DNA of 64,000 nucleotides from Octopus sinensis (GCF_006345805.1 NC_042999.1:147436001-147500000), one strand, 5' to 3'; positions 41,950-55,357 are shown, numbered from the stretch's first letter. Made by a program: numbers and translations. The notes: a model not told the origin generated them from the letters alone.

Positions 41950-43020
41950 TCTTTTACGTTCTTTTGTTTTTAACTGCCAGTTTCCATCGTGGCACGCCTC
42001 CCCAGCTGTGATGTGCACTCGCTCTGCATTAGGAAGTTGAGTCTGTTATGGCGCTGAGAATTGTTTTGGTGAACTCGGTGTCGGTATGGTGGTTGTTGTT
42101 AGTGCTGCTACGACTGAATCAGCTTGTGGTGATGGTGCTGTTGCTATTGTCACTGGAGTTCTGGGGGCTGTTGTTGGTTTAGAGGGGCGAGGTGCCCGTC
42201 TCTCTTTTTCGCTTTGTTTAGGGCAGTCGATTTTTAAATGCTTAGGTGAAAAGTAAAGCTGGCACTTTGCTTTCTTTCCATTAACCCTGACGGGAATTAT
42301 ACTGCCGCTACGAAGAAGAATCTGGTCTGGGATAAGACCCACATCGTTTTGTGTTGTTTGAATGAGTTCTATGGTCATACCTGACCAGTTTTTTTTTCTT
42401 TTTGGCCTGATAGGCTTCGATGATTTTCGAATTTTCCTCGATGTCTATTATCACTGCCGCAATTAGCCAGAGAATGATTATTTCTGACGGCATTTGCTGG
42501 ATAATGATTTTTGTCAGTCTCTGACCGCAGTAGAAAGGAACTAGCAACAGCTCCTCGCTTTTGAGAGAATTCCGAGCGTGTTGTTTGGTTTTTTCCTCGG
42601 TGTGGAATTGAACGTCCATAGGCCTTTCTTCTCTGTATATATTCATTTAGATTGCAGAGGGAACTGAAAGCTTGTTGTATTTGAGCTTTTGTCGATCTTT
42701 CCACCTTCCTTGACTTTAACCCAATTATACGCTACGTCACTATGCGACGTATCGTAGCTTGGATTTCTCAGGTGGGGGTATACAACTTTACAGCTAGTCC
42801 ATCTCTCTCGACTAGCTGTCTATCATATGTCAGTTCTTCTGATGGGAATTATATTCTCTGAAGAGATGATGTAGCTACTCCAAAAAAAGAAAGATTTGAA
42901 AGTCTGTTCCAAGCCGTTGTACCGGTTTGCTTCTCAGCTCCTTCATTGCCTTTGTTGTTGTTGTTGTTATTGTTGTTGTTGTTGTTGTTGTTGTTGTTTC
43001 ATTTGCTGCTGCCGTTGTTG
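41950..43020 (-). mobile_element. Decayed LINE ORF1 (gag-like, zinc knuckle)
   Basis: VQFHTEEK...PFYCGQRLTKI...IPVRVNGKKAKCQLYFSPKHLKIDCP (decayed CCHC) followed by a Pro/Thr-rich tail; a possible older relative lies at ~12960-13750. Confidence 0.5.
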
Positions 43021-43699
43021 GTTTTTATTGCTGCTATTGTCACGTTTAAGAGATTCAGCGCCGAGCTGAATAACAACATGGGTGTGCTACACTGGGCTCT
43101 CCATACAAAAACAAATCTAATCTAATAACATTGATGGATTAGGAAAAAGGAACTTATGGAAAACTTGAAGGAAGCAACCTTTTAACGAAAATAACCACAA
43201 AAACGAAATTTTACTGCCATACAAAGCACAGTTTCTCTTATGTACGATGTCTTAGTGAAACGTGCGAAATCAACATCGGAAAGTTTACAAATTATAAAAT
43301 ATAAATGGAACAAAACGGTAAGTAAATTGATCAATTATGCATACACTCGAATGTCTATACAATCATATATAAACGTACATCCCAATGTTTACACAACTCT
43401 GAAATTTATAGGACAAACATACACGCATAGGAAAGTACGTGTCACAAATGAAGCAAAACAATGACAAAACAATTTTCTTCGAACTAACACAGACTAAGTG
43501 AATAATTCATAAGTTTCAAAACACCGCAAAAATCTATGCCCCGAGATAAATCTATCAACAAAAAAAAAATACAGATGAATACTGATCTCTTGGCCTTAAG
43601 AAGCTACGGTACGAGCAATGTTTTCATTCAGAAAACTCGGAGGCGGTGTTGTTTAAAAAATTAACCATAAACAGACAGATCCACTCCATAATGTCAACG

Positions 43700-44832
43700 T
43701 CCAAACTCGTCATGCCTCAATGATAATCAAAGCAATATACAAACCGGTTCGGCCGTCACTCGGATCAACAAGACTGGGTGAGAAAAATCAACTACTGGTT
43801 CAAATCTCAATCACCTGCACTATGCATCCGCGAAGATCTCAACGAGTCTATATGGTAAGATAAGAAAACGGCAATATCCCTACAAAAAGCTATTTGGCAA
43901 GAGCGTATTCAGCACCAAATTCAGCTACTTAGGTCTGACATAGAATGTTTAAGAAACAATACTATCTAACCCACAAAAATCCGAAAATTAAAGAAAATGT
44001 ATAATATGAAAACCATACTTGACATTGATAGCACCATAGAAAATATCAAGCAAAAGTTATCTGCTAAAGCTGCCCGCATAGCACGGTATGAAAAGTGCGT
44101 TAGATTCTTCAGGGGCAACAACATGTTCAAAAATAACCAAAACTTTTTACAGAAAGATAGGGAAAATACCAGTTACAGTAATATCTGTCCCATCAATAGA
44201 AGAAATGCAGGAATTTTGGAAAAAAATTTGGGCAAAAGAAAAAACACAAAAAAAGTTCCTTTAGATGGATAGATATTTACTGATTTAACTCCTTAGAAGA
44301 GCAACAGAGGGGGGGTATCAAGGTAGAGGGTGTAAGATCAGCTCTCATGAAGTCAAACAAACGGAATTCCATAGGATAGGATAAAAGTCCTTACTTCTGG
44401 TTGAATGCGTTCTCAGTGAGTCATGAACTGTTAACAAAACTTTATAACAATGCTGTGCAACAACCTAGTACGATTCCCTTTTAGCTAGTTCATGGTGTTA
44501 CATTTCTACTTCCAAAAATTGAAACAAATGAACCAAAAAATTATTGACCCATAACCTGCTTAACAACAATGTATAACATGCTAACATCTGCTTCCTAGCA
44601 ATTGTTAAAAAAGATGCAATTTGCCTCGATAAATGTGCAAAAACTACTTTTATCACAGAAAGTATGATAGAAACATCCAATAGTAATCTTTACCAACAGA
44701 ATGTCATAAAGGTGGTGGAACAAGCGGAGAGCTACAAATACCTAGACTTATTTGAAGGTGATGGAATCAAACATTCAATGATGAAGGAAAGGATCAGAGA
44801 AGAATGTTATCGCAGGATGAGGGCAGTGCTCA
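43700..44832 (+). mobile_element. Decayed R4/Dong-like LINE with the RT core deleted
   Basis: KQKLSAKAARIARYEK; PITCLTTMY; directly followed by LDKCAK..ESYKYL..MKERIREECYRRMRAVL. Confidence 0.7.
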
Positions 44833-45961
44833 CCAGGTACTTACTTTAATCACCCACAAAGTTTAAAGGGACAAGTCTACCTCGGCAGAATTTGAACTCA
44901 GAAAGTAAAGACGGACGAAATACCGTTAAGGATTTTTGCCCGTCGTGTTAACGCTTTTGCCAGCTCACCAGCTTAACAACAACCGCATTCAAAATTTTTA
45001 CTTTATTACCCATTAATGATTCGCAAAAAAATGGTTAAGGACTATAGAGGGCAACAGTTTGAGTCTACATAAAACCTTAAGAATTTTAACATAATTAAAA
45101 CAAAGATACAAAACATTCAAACGAGAAATAATTATCCCAAAATGGCAAGCCTCCAAGGGTGGCTTGCAGAAACCCCATTAAAATATCAATGAGCCTGGCC
45201 ATTGGGGCATATATACTCCTATTATCATCTTCGGTGAATCTAGAAGCACCTACTTATTGCAAGACCGCTTATTCGAAGCTTCTTTGCCATTGTTATCTGC
45301 CTTTCAACAAAATTTCTTTGAGGTATCACTTCCCTCTTCCATTTCACTTTACATTTCAGTTTGAAAATAGTTGATGAGGGCTTGGCAAAGGACAACGAAT
45401 GCATATGTCTTCAGACTTTTCAGCCTCATTAACTAAACAAGCCATTAATTAGACAGGTGACGACTACTTGTCATTCCCAGCCAAAGAAAGCGGCAAGGCG
45501 ATCTTCACAATGGATTCGACTAATAGCCGGATGCGGCCTGCACACGAGTAACCATTGTAGGCAATGCTTGGGCACATGACAGTCACGTTCAGAACAGTTT
45601 GGTGTCTGCTCTATGCGCTCCTCGGCCAGGCCCGGCTCACAGCACTTCATTGCTTGCTAAGATTATCGCCGACCGCTAAAGACTTCTTGTAGCACTACAG
45701 GCCAGGTAGTTATGATTATTATCCTTGGGCACCGGCATACTCGTCACAAACCTTCTACTGAAAGCCTGAGTGTACATTCAACAGACCCGCTGCTCAACTG
45801 GCAGAGTGCTATGAATACCTGAAAACAATTTAGATGCCAAGCGCCCTGCCACAGGTTACACTTGAACAGGACTGCAGCTTTCTCAAGCAAACGACTTGTG
45901 GTGAAGCGAATCTGACAACAGTGACGGGAACTACTCACTGCCAAGAAAATCCTGGAGATAA

Positions 45962-46379
45962 GGCGGTGAGCTGGCAGAAACGTTAGCACGCTGGGCGAAA
46001 TGCTTAGCGGTATTTCGTCAGCCGCTACGTTTTGAGTTCAAATTCCGCCGAGGTCGACTTTGCCTTTCATTCTTTCGGGGTCGATAAATTAAGCACCAGG
46101 TACGCACTGGGGTCGATGTAATCGACTTAATCCGTTTGTCTGTCCTTGTTTTTCCTCTCTGTGTTTAGCCCCTTGTGGGTAGTAAAGAAATAGGGTAGTA
46201 AAGAAATAGGTACGTTCTGAGTTCAAATTCCGCCGAGGTAGACTTTGCCTTTCATCCTTTCGGGGTCGATTAAATAAGTACCAGTTATGCACTGGGGTCA
46301 ATATAGTCGACTTAATCCGTGTGTCTGTCTTTGTTTGTCCCCTCTGTGTGTAGCCCCTTGTGGGCAATAAAGAAATAAG
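45962..46379 (+). mobile_element. Family B SINE dimer
   Basis: ggcggtgagctggcagaaacgttagcacg head; two gagttcaaattccgccgagg...gcctttcat cores, each followed by tail A. Confidence 0.92.
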
Positions 46380-47959
46380 TAAATCCTGGATATGTTGCAG
46401 TCTCAGAATATGTCTGTGAATCAGCAGCTACGGTACGCCTAATCCTCCACACCTTTGACTCAATACAGCCTATGACAACTTGAACCCGTGCCCTCCGCAG
46501 ACAGCGGAATGGCAGGCATCCAGTAAAATGTAAACGGGACAAGGCACAACAATTATGTGATAATTTGATACTAATATGGCAGAGGCAATTTATGCATAGT
46601 CTCTCCTGCTGGAATTTCAGGGAAAGCTTCTAATCACCAACATTTACGTAGGTATCAGCGTATTTAACGTACAGGTAATTTTAAAAGCCAAACAGGATTT
46701 AATATTAGATGAGCCAACTATGAAATTAGTCGATGGTTGATATCTCTTTGATGCCGGAAATGTTTCCGTTTCGTTGAGCAATATCATCGGAAGTGAATCT
46801 TCGTAGCGGCCTTACAAATATGCAGTAAATAAATCGTTAACATATTAAAAATAAAATATTCACAGTTATAGTTACTCCGTGGTTGCATATTGGGTAAGCA
46901 TGCAGGAAACATTTTTTCTTTCTGCCTATTTGTTTTGCGACCACCTCCACAATTTACTGTGAGGCCAAACGCCCGCCAATAATACTAATATTAGCGAAAA
47001 AATACCTGATATTTCCCCACACTTGCAGATAAAGGAACAAAATAGTATTTCTCATCTACTACGTGTAATTTTCTCAAAGTATATTTAATGTAAAACGCCC
47101 CTTCAAGCCTGTCAACTTCAAGCCGTCAACGAAAAGCTTGAAGTAGCAACCAAATGTTTCTGATCTCAGGCAATATACATTTATAAATCTAAGACATACT
47201 GGATAATACCGTATTCGAACACGAATAAACAAATGGAATAGTTACAATTGATTTTATGTTTGATCTACTTAAACTGAGGAGGGGGTTAAACGAAATCTAT
47301 TTTCATGTTTCACAGACCGGATTGCAGTTGGTAATTATACCCGGAGAGAGATAGGGAGGAGAGGAGAGGGAGAGAGCTCTAATTGATTTGGAATATATTA
47401 AAAGTGGTTTGTTCTAGGACCTCTTAACATCTATTCACATAGAACATATCTAGGACCATATTGCCCCGTTATTCCTCTTATCCTTCCACCCACCTTTTGT
47501 AAGATCGTACATGTGTTTTGCGAGAAAATTTGAGAAATTTCAGTTACAACGTAGATGCTTCTGTCTCTGGCTCAGGACAGAAGAGCTATACATATTTAAA
47601 GGGCATTTAACGAGGACTTCACATTAAAAGATTGAATAATGTGAGCAAACAAACACTACATTGATATATAACAATTATGTTACTACCGATACTCTGCAAT
47701 ATATCTGTAAGGATAGTCAAAAACGTTAAGTCGGCATTAAGAAAACCAGTGGCGCTGTACTTTACATTTTATTGTCAAGTATGTTAATGAACTCGGGTCA
47801 TATCTCGGTGGCTCTCAAGATGATAGGTTACTGGCAATCGTTTTGTCTCACTGAATAATTAACAAAATAGAAGGGAATAGAAATAGAAATTTTTTTAAAA
47901 TCTATCTTACTATAGCGCTGCTTATAGGGTTAAATGAAGCAGCGACAAAAATTCATATC

Positions 47960-48330
47960 ATACAAGTTCGAAGAGTGCTTACAGAGATCTATGTTTTGTA
48001 TACATCAGAAACCTGGACTCTAGACACCTCAATGTCCACCAAACATGTCAGGGGAGCTCAAATATATTGCGTGGTTCGCACATAAGACCAAAAGGGGAGA
48101 TTTACGGAATCGTTCCAACTATCTCTAGTAGTGGTGCTCACGTAAGAAGGGTAGGCTGTATTTGCTAATATTTGGCAAAATCATGCTTTTTCGGATGCTA
48201 TATTTTGAGATGCCCTCACTCTCTTAGAAACCAATGAGCTATCAAATACATCGATGTTGATGTTAGAGATACACGCAACAAAATCGAGGAAGTACATACA
48301 ATAATGGAAGGAAAGGGATTTGTGGTATAG
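47960..48330 (+). mobile_element. Possible decayed RTE-clade RT C-terminus
   Basis: LYTSETWTL resembles the RTE LYGSETW motif. Confidence 0.35.
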
Positions 48331-48590
48331 TGTTGTGAAATGCATTTTCGTTGTAGTCACTTGAATAAGAAAATATATTGGGTATAGCATGCTGCTTTTC
48401 GGGTACGGCAGATGTAAGTCAACACAATAAGACAAAATTAACACTACGCATGATATAAAATATCATTTCAAGATATAAAAAGCATATTTTATATATATAT
48501 AATACCATTCGCTCTATGATAGCTCAATCGTTCGTACATGAAATTCATGTTGTTGTTCAAGAGATTTAAGTTTCTGTACATACACATATG

Positions 48591-48647
<57 letters not shown>

Positions 48648-49466
48648 ACTTACTTGGAAGAGTAAGCGTGGCGTTCAATCATATAGTAATATAAATAGTA
48701 TATATATGAATATATACATACGTATATGTACATACTTACATCTATACGAATATATATGCGTGTGTGTGCAAAATTGGTAACACAAACAGGACAGTGAAAA
48801 CAAACAGGAAGGGCTGCTAACCCTAACCGAGGCTCCCACGTGACCTTCGGCCATCTTTCTTACTTCTTCTAACTTGTGTTTCTTTATATCCGTTGTAGCT
48901 GGAACAAGGAAGACGTGTTCTTGTTTGTTTCCTGTTCAAGCTTGCTTTACACGTTTGCCACCACAACCTTTAGTTGAATTGGATATATCTGCCACGTAAA
49001 TAAGCGTGAATATTTCACGGAAGTGACTTATGCGCTAGCGTAAAGTGATTGGTGATATAAAATATTTATTTCAATAAGAAAACAATACATTTTTCACTAT
49101 CCAATTACTTCCGCCACTTCCACCACCACCACGTCCATTTTTACCACTTAGCCAATCCAACGAGTTATATGCTGATAGCTTGTAAAATCATGAGCTGATA
49201 TGCCCGAAACATACAAGACCATGATTTTATAAGTCTTTAAACTGCCTAGGTGATTCACCCTCAACCCAGGTGCTTGATACTGACAAGCCAAAATAATGGC
49301 GAAACATGGATGTCCATTATTCCCTGTCCGTGCTTTAATACTGGTGGCATGAAAGTTATATACGCTTTTGCAGCCACTGGAAATAACACAATGCGTATAT
49401 ATTAGCATATGTGTTTATTGATATATATATATATATACAATAATATGTTACATTACTCGGTAGTCA

Positions 49467-49529
49467 AGATAAAACTCTGAGTTTCAGATGCCGAAGTGGA
49501 AATCCACAACACCATCTCTTCGGTTATCT
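49467..49529 (-). ncRNA. Type I hammerhead variant (CCGAAGA core), copy 1
   Basis: Reverse complement of 50056-50118. Confidence 0.7.
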
Positions 49530-49573
49530 GGCTATTTGAAAACGCTATTTTTTCATAGCGTTTTCAAATAGCC

Positions 49574-49634
49574 AGATACCGAAGAGATGGTGTTGTGGAT
49601 TTCCACTTCGGCTCTGAAACTCAGAGTTTTATCT
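49574..49634 (+). ncRNA. Type I hammerhead variant, copy 2 (two 1-nt deletions)
   Basis: agata-CCGAAGA-gatg...ctct-GAAA-CTCAGAG-TT-ttatct. Confidence 0.6.
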
Positions 49635-50055
49635 TGACTACCGAGTAATGTAACATATTATTGTATATATATATATATATCAAAAACACATTGCTAATAT
49701 ATACGCATTGTGTTATTTCCAGTGGCTGCAAAAGCGTATAAAACTTTCATGCCACAGTATTAAAGCACGGACAGGGAATAATGGACATCCATGTTTCGCC
49801 ATTATTTTGGCTTGTCAGTATATCAAGCACCGGGTGAGGGTGAATCACCTAGGCAGTTTAAAGACTTATAAAATCATGGTCTTGTATGTTTCGGGCATAT
49901 CATGCTCATGATTTTACAAGCTATCAGCATATAACTCGTTGGATGGCTAAGTGGTTAAAAATGGACGTGGTGGTGGTGGTGGAAGTGGCGGAGGTAATGG
50001 GATAGTGAAACGGGTATTTGAAAACGCTATGAAAAAATAGCGTTTTCAAATAGCC

Positions 50056-50118
50056 AGATAACCGAAGAGATGGTGTTGTGGATTTCCACTTCGGCATCTG
50101 AAACTCAGAGTTTTATCT
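50056..50118 (+). ncRNA. Type I hammerhead variant, copy 3
   Basis: agataa-CCGAAGA-gatg..gtgga tt tccac..catc-t-GAAA-CTCAGAG-TT-ttatct; perfect 6-bp stem I; GUU triplet; tail continues to ~50220. Confidence 0.7.
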
Positions 50119-50232
50119 TGACTACCGAGTAATGTAACATATTATTGTATAGATAAATTTCCTCTATTTACATAATATTGAGGTCTCTTTCTTTCCTTTG
50201 TTATTTTACCGTTTTATCTATACATATATTCA

Positions 50233-52080
50233 TCTATACATATATAAACACAAGTTGCTTGTTTGGGTGTCTGTTTGTGTCAAGTTGCCGTCTACACTTG
50301 TTAACAAAATTTCGTGCAACTTTGCAAACATGTTAAGGTAACATTCAATTTGTTACTACGCTCATTGATGTTTAATATAAAGCTATAATTGGATGGCTAG
50401 GGCCCTAGAAGGGGTCCACACATATATAACCCATTTGTTTCCTTTAACACCCAAGGGATTTAACCCATTCATTATGCAATATATAATAAATGAGAAAACG
50501 TATAAATACTTCTCCGATTTATTACAGAAGTTGTAACAAAACGTGTGGAATATATTTTCGTTTGCAAAACAGCTAGCACTAGAATCGAAATCAAATCTTC
50601 CATTTTCCCATTAGCTAGCAAATGCTATGGTTCGTAATTAAAAACAATAGATATCCTTAGTGGTGTATTTCATCGGCACGTGACATTTAACCTCCTGCTC
50701 GCACGAAAACTACGGTAAAGCATTCAATAATAGATCCACTTATTTCAGTTAGTGACTTATTCACGAATATACCATAAATGACGATGCCTTTCGTGTCACT
50801 TCAGGCAATTGACAAGCGCTGCATGAAGAACTGTTCTGTTTTAGATAAATGCACTGTCATCACAAATGTTACACTCTGAAAGGAAACCTTCTTAATTTAT
50901 GTTGATTAATATTTTGTAAGGATGTACTCTATGTAACAGCCAACCACACAAGCAGAGAGAAATCGCCATTTATCTATGAATATTATTGCAATCTGAACTG
51001 TCCTCATGCAGTTCACACGCTGTTTACATGCATGGATGTTTTCTTAATTGATATTGATTGCTGTGTTGATGTTTCCTTAATGTACCCTTTAGTTTTCTTT
51101 AACGGCCAAGGCGAAATAACTGATCTAAAATCCCTCATTTTTCTTTTCCACCCACTGCTCGTCAGCAGTCATAAAGGTCACACGCTGTTTACATGTAGGA
51201 ACAATTTCTTAATTTATATTGATGGTTGTGCCCCGCGAAAAAGATCAAATCTCAGTTCTCGATGTGTGCGTGCACGAAAACTGCAACTAAAGCGATCACA
51301 GGTAATAAATGCTTCCCACTATCGATGTAAACCGTAGCGCCCAGCACACATTTTACCACGTTTCTCATCACATATAGTGCTCTATTTAAACTAACACTTA
51401 AATCGATATTTCAACTAATTTAAGTTGTATAAATGGTTACTCACAAGTAAAACAATTTATCTATTTATTACTTAAGAGACAGTAACAGAAACAGAAACTC
51501 GTCTTGCTGCGGCCAGAACAGTCAGTAGAAGGACAAGGCAAAATGAGACGGCAGTGGAGAGACAAGCTCGCCTTGCTGCAGATAGAACAGCCTATAGAAG
51601 GGCAAGACCGTCCGAGACAGCAGTTACAACAGAAGCTCGACTTTTTGCGCATAGACTATATCAAGAAAGTGCATGGCAAACAGAGATGACAGTGGGGAGA
51701 CAAGCTCGCCTAATTGCACAGAGAGTATACCAAGAAAGAGCAAGTCAGGCAAAGACATAGAGAAGCTCGCCAAGCTGCAGACAGAGAGTCACACCGACTC
51801 ACGACACAAGTCGAACACTCCTTCGAAAGAAGTCTAAGACAGACACTCGACAGGACTGCGCGAGCATCAAACAACCAGAACTGACTTCACGATTTGAGTG
51901 TACGTAACTTATTTGGATTTCCTAAAAACAAGAACATATGTAAGACATTTGGGTATTCTCTGTAAATCCACAAAAACCGTTTTAAGGGCTATATACTTTG
52001 GATTGTCTTTATTGGATTAGCGAAACAATTACTGGATACGTCAGGTAGTATTAATGGGAAATAACGGATACGTCAGGTAG
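50233..52080 (+). mobile_element. Internally deleted Helitron retaining STPR-repeat coding sequence
   Basis: A|TCTATACATATATAAA start; duplicated ...ggatacgtcaggtag|T end; PRKRSNLS segment and four 23-aa ETxxxxxxRL repeats. Confidence 0.65.
51476..51760 (+). pseudogene. STPR (23-residue repeat) domain remnant
   Basis: ETVTETETRLAAARTVSRRTRQN / ETAVERQARLAADRTAYRRARPS / ETAVTTEARLFAHRLYQESAWQT / EMTVGRQARLIAQRVYQERASQA. Confidence 0.75.
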
Positions 52081-52165
52081 TATATTTATATATATAAATA
52101 TGTACATATAATATATATGTATACACATGTATATATATATATACATATATGATATGATATATATA

Positions 52166-52768
52166 GGAGGGTAATTCAAATATTAGTCACACTTTCGCGA
52201 TAACAGCTTTATTATTGTCAAAATACCTTCTGTGCATTCGTGCTTATAGCTGATACAATTATAGTCACGAGATCGAATTTTGATACTGATCGCGCTATTT
52301 TTCTTTCTAGCTTTACAGTGTAAGCATGACTACTCCACTAGCAATGTGCATCAAAAAAGAACAATGAGCAGGGACCCGACAAATGGTAATGGTGAACGCC
52401 CTGCTCCCTCTTTCTTGTGTCACGCTTCTCCGGCCACTTTAAGCTTCTCGATCCACTCAAACACACTTCTAGGCGGTAGTGCACTTCCCGCGTATTGTGC
52501 TAAGAGCCTCCGAAGAATTTCAGCAGCTGACATACATTCCGATCAGAGAAATCGGATCACTACTCTTTGTTCTTCTTTGGTGCCCATTTCTAGTGGAACA
52601 GCCATGCTTACACTGTAAACCCAGAAAGAAAAATGGCGCGATCAGGATCAATCTTCGATCATGTGACTACGCTATTACTAACTATATGTACGCATGCGCA
52701 AAAGTCAGTGTGACAATAATAAAGTTACTCTGTAGCGAAACCGCAGATAATTTTTTAACTTCCCCTCG
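52166..52768. mobile_element. Mariner-derived fold-back element made of two left ends
   Basis: TA flanks; ~195-bp diverged inverted arms; minus strand encodes MAVPLEMGTKEEQRVVIRFL*SE...SVFEWIEK (mariner HTH); plus arm encodes MTTPLAMCIKKEQ. Confidence 0.8.
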
Positions 52769-54922
52769 TATATACACACACACATATACACACACACATA
52801 TACACACACATACACACACATACAGAGAAAGAGGGAGAGAGAGAACTATTGGAGCTATTGTAATTTTATTATCGCTCCTCATCAAATTTTGCTTAGAGCT
52901 TAGATATGAGAATACATAAAATTGCTTACGCTCTCTTCAGCTTGTTATTTTCTTTTGATTTTCATTTCATTTAAAGAAACTTCTTCATATTATCGAAGAT
53001 AAATATACGGTGTACTGCCAAAAGATAAGGCAATATTTTAAAATTTCTGTATTCTTAGTTATATGGTACAAGGAACAGATAACTTTTCAACTGATTTTCG
53101 TATTCATTTATAACTATAAATAAATAACTAAATGTTTTAATTACAATATTTAATGTTTGTGTTCTCTTTTATATTTCTTCCCCTTTAAGTATATTAAACT
53201 AAAATATTGCTAGCGGCTTAGGTACAGAACACACTGTTAGTGTTTAATGTAGATAGAATCCCTCATATATAACAGACATTTATCCCCATATTTATATACT
53301 CCCATACTTAAATAAATACAAAGATAATATATACGTATATTTCAACGTTCGGTATTGGTCAGCATACTGTACTCGTTGTAATATTTGTATATATGAATCT
53401 GAGTTTTACCATATTTATTCTTGTATGTGCCGCACCATTAAGTTAGTGTTAAGTCCAATATAATTGCCATTGTTTTAACTTTAATTTGTATTTAAGTCAA
53501 ACACGAGTTCCTTTTATGTTTTTGTTTTGTGTATGTGTGTGTGTGTGTGATTTTCTTTTCACTTAAAATCAGGCATTACATTGTTCAACTTATACTCGAG
53601 TAATCCGGCAATTATTTGTTCTCTGACCAGAAAAAATTATTCTTTTAAAATAATGTTGTAATAGACTGAGATGTGTCGATGTACGTTATTCATGACCTTA
53701 TCCACACAAATCATCCCATTCTGTTACCAACATTTTATTTCAACATTCTTTGTTCTATGAGACTTATCAAATAAATTCTAGAGCTTTGTAACAATACCAA
53801 TGCAGATCTGCCATCTTCCTTTATTGTATCTCGTCCTACCATATTACATATTTCAATCATTGCAATGCAAAAATATTAAATACTTAACCCAAAATACAGC
53901 AACTTTAAGCACATTCGTTGAAATATTCGATATCCTGTTTCTGAATAATTAACTTGTAGTCATTCACACTGAGTAAGCTGTTTCAAACAGGTAAAAATTA
54001 TTCTATTCGTGAGAGAAACAAGCTTCATCGCGATTGAGATGCATTTTATTATAAAAGTATCCGGTCGATTAAGTCTGACTTGGAGTTAAACATAAAGAAC
54101 AACTGCAAAGCATTTGTTAGAAATGCTAGTTAATATTCGACATTCCTATTCAAAACAAGAAGTACGGACTACTATTTCCCCATATCTCATTACGATTACT
54201 TCGAAATTCTATGGGGTTAATTGTAACGTAAACTACTTAGTCATGCAGCACAGGGAGAACGTTGAGAGCTGATGCGAACTTCTAAAACGCGAGGTAGATG
54301 TACACTAATTTGATCATTTCTGTCACATAAAAAGAAGATTCATATTTAGTTAGATCAATATCAGAAACAAAATATTTTCTGTTTTAAACAAAAGATATCT
54401 TGTATTTAAAGTTTGTGGTTAGGAGTTATTTTTTCTTCTGTTTTGTTTGTTTTTCTTTATCAGATTTCAAAACTAAAGATTTTTCCGATTTATATCTATT
54501 TGTAAATAACATAATATATTTTAAATTTTTGAACGGAGGTGCAATAGTATAACTCTGAAGTAAATCTATGACATCGTATAATTTTCATATATTTTTATGT
54601 CTTTTTTTGTTTTCTTTTCAATCACATTCTTTAACGAGTGTGGAAGTATTTTTCTTTCCTTAACATAGCAATAATCTTCGTCAGAAAACACAAATATGAC
54701 GTTAGCAGATTTCTAAACTATCTCACATAAATGTATACAGATTGCATCTAAATATTGATGTGCTGAAGACAAATTTATGAGAAACTCCCTTTTTTATTTC
54801 TCTGTATTTCTGTCTAACTGTCTGTGTCTCTCTCTGTCCCTCTCTTTTTCTCTTTCGTTGTCTTTGTTCTCTTAGAAAATTATATAAATTTGTTTGTTTG
54901 TTTGTTTGTGTATGTGTGTGTG

Positions 54923-54969
<47 letters not shown>

Positions 54970-55074
54970 ATATTTCTACTACTATATCATTCTACATGTG
55001 TACAACACATGATCGCATATAGGAGGTCCAACAAAACCAGCGATGAAAAGGAAAAATAATAATAATAATAATAA

Positions 55075-55288
55075 TCCTTTCCACTATAGACACAAAGCAT
55101 GAAATTTGGTGGGAGGGGCCTAGTGAATTACATCGACTGCAATGTTTCACTGATACTTAATTTATCGACCCCGAAAGGATGAAAGACAAAGTCGACCTTG
55201 GTGGAATTTGAACTCATAACGTAACGACGGGCGTAATATCGCTAAGCATTTCCGCCAGCGTGGCAATGAATTTGCCAGCTCCCCTCCT
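55075..55288 (-). mobile_element. Family B SINE
   Basis: ttatcgaccccgaaaggatgaaag...gaatttgaactc...gccagctc; further eroded copies at ~12170-12520, 15350-15760, 38160-38345, 44835-44975 and 62440-62635. Confidence 0.8.
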
Positions 55289-55305
55289 TAATAATAATAA
55301 TAATA

Positions 55306-55355
<50 letters not shown>

Positions 55356-55357
<2 letters not shown>

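Larger units (their letters stand above)
49092..50010. repeat. ~920-bp near-perfect palindrome (6-nt loop at 49549-49554)
   Basis: Arms 49092-49548 and 49555-50010 are reverse complements with scattered 1-nt indels. Confidence 0.93.

Noticed and set aside
47270-47310. CTGAGGA...GAAA hammerhead candidate
   Set aside because: Stems I and II do not form
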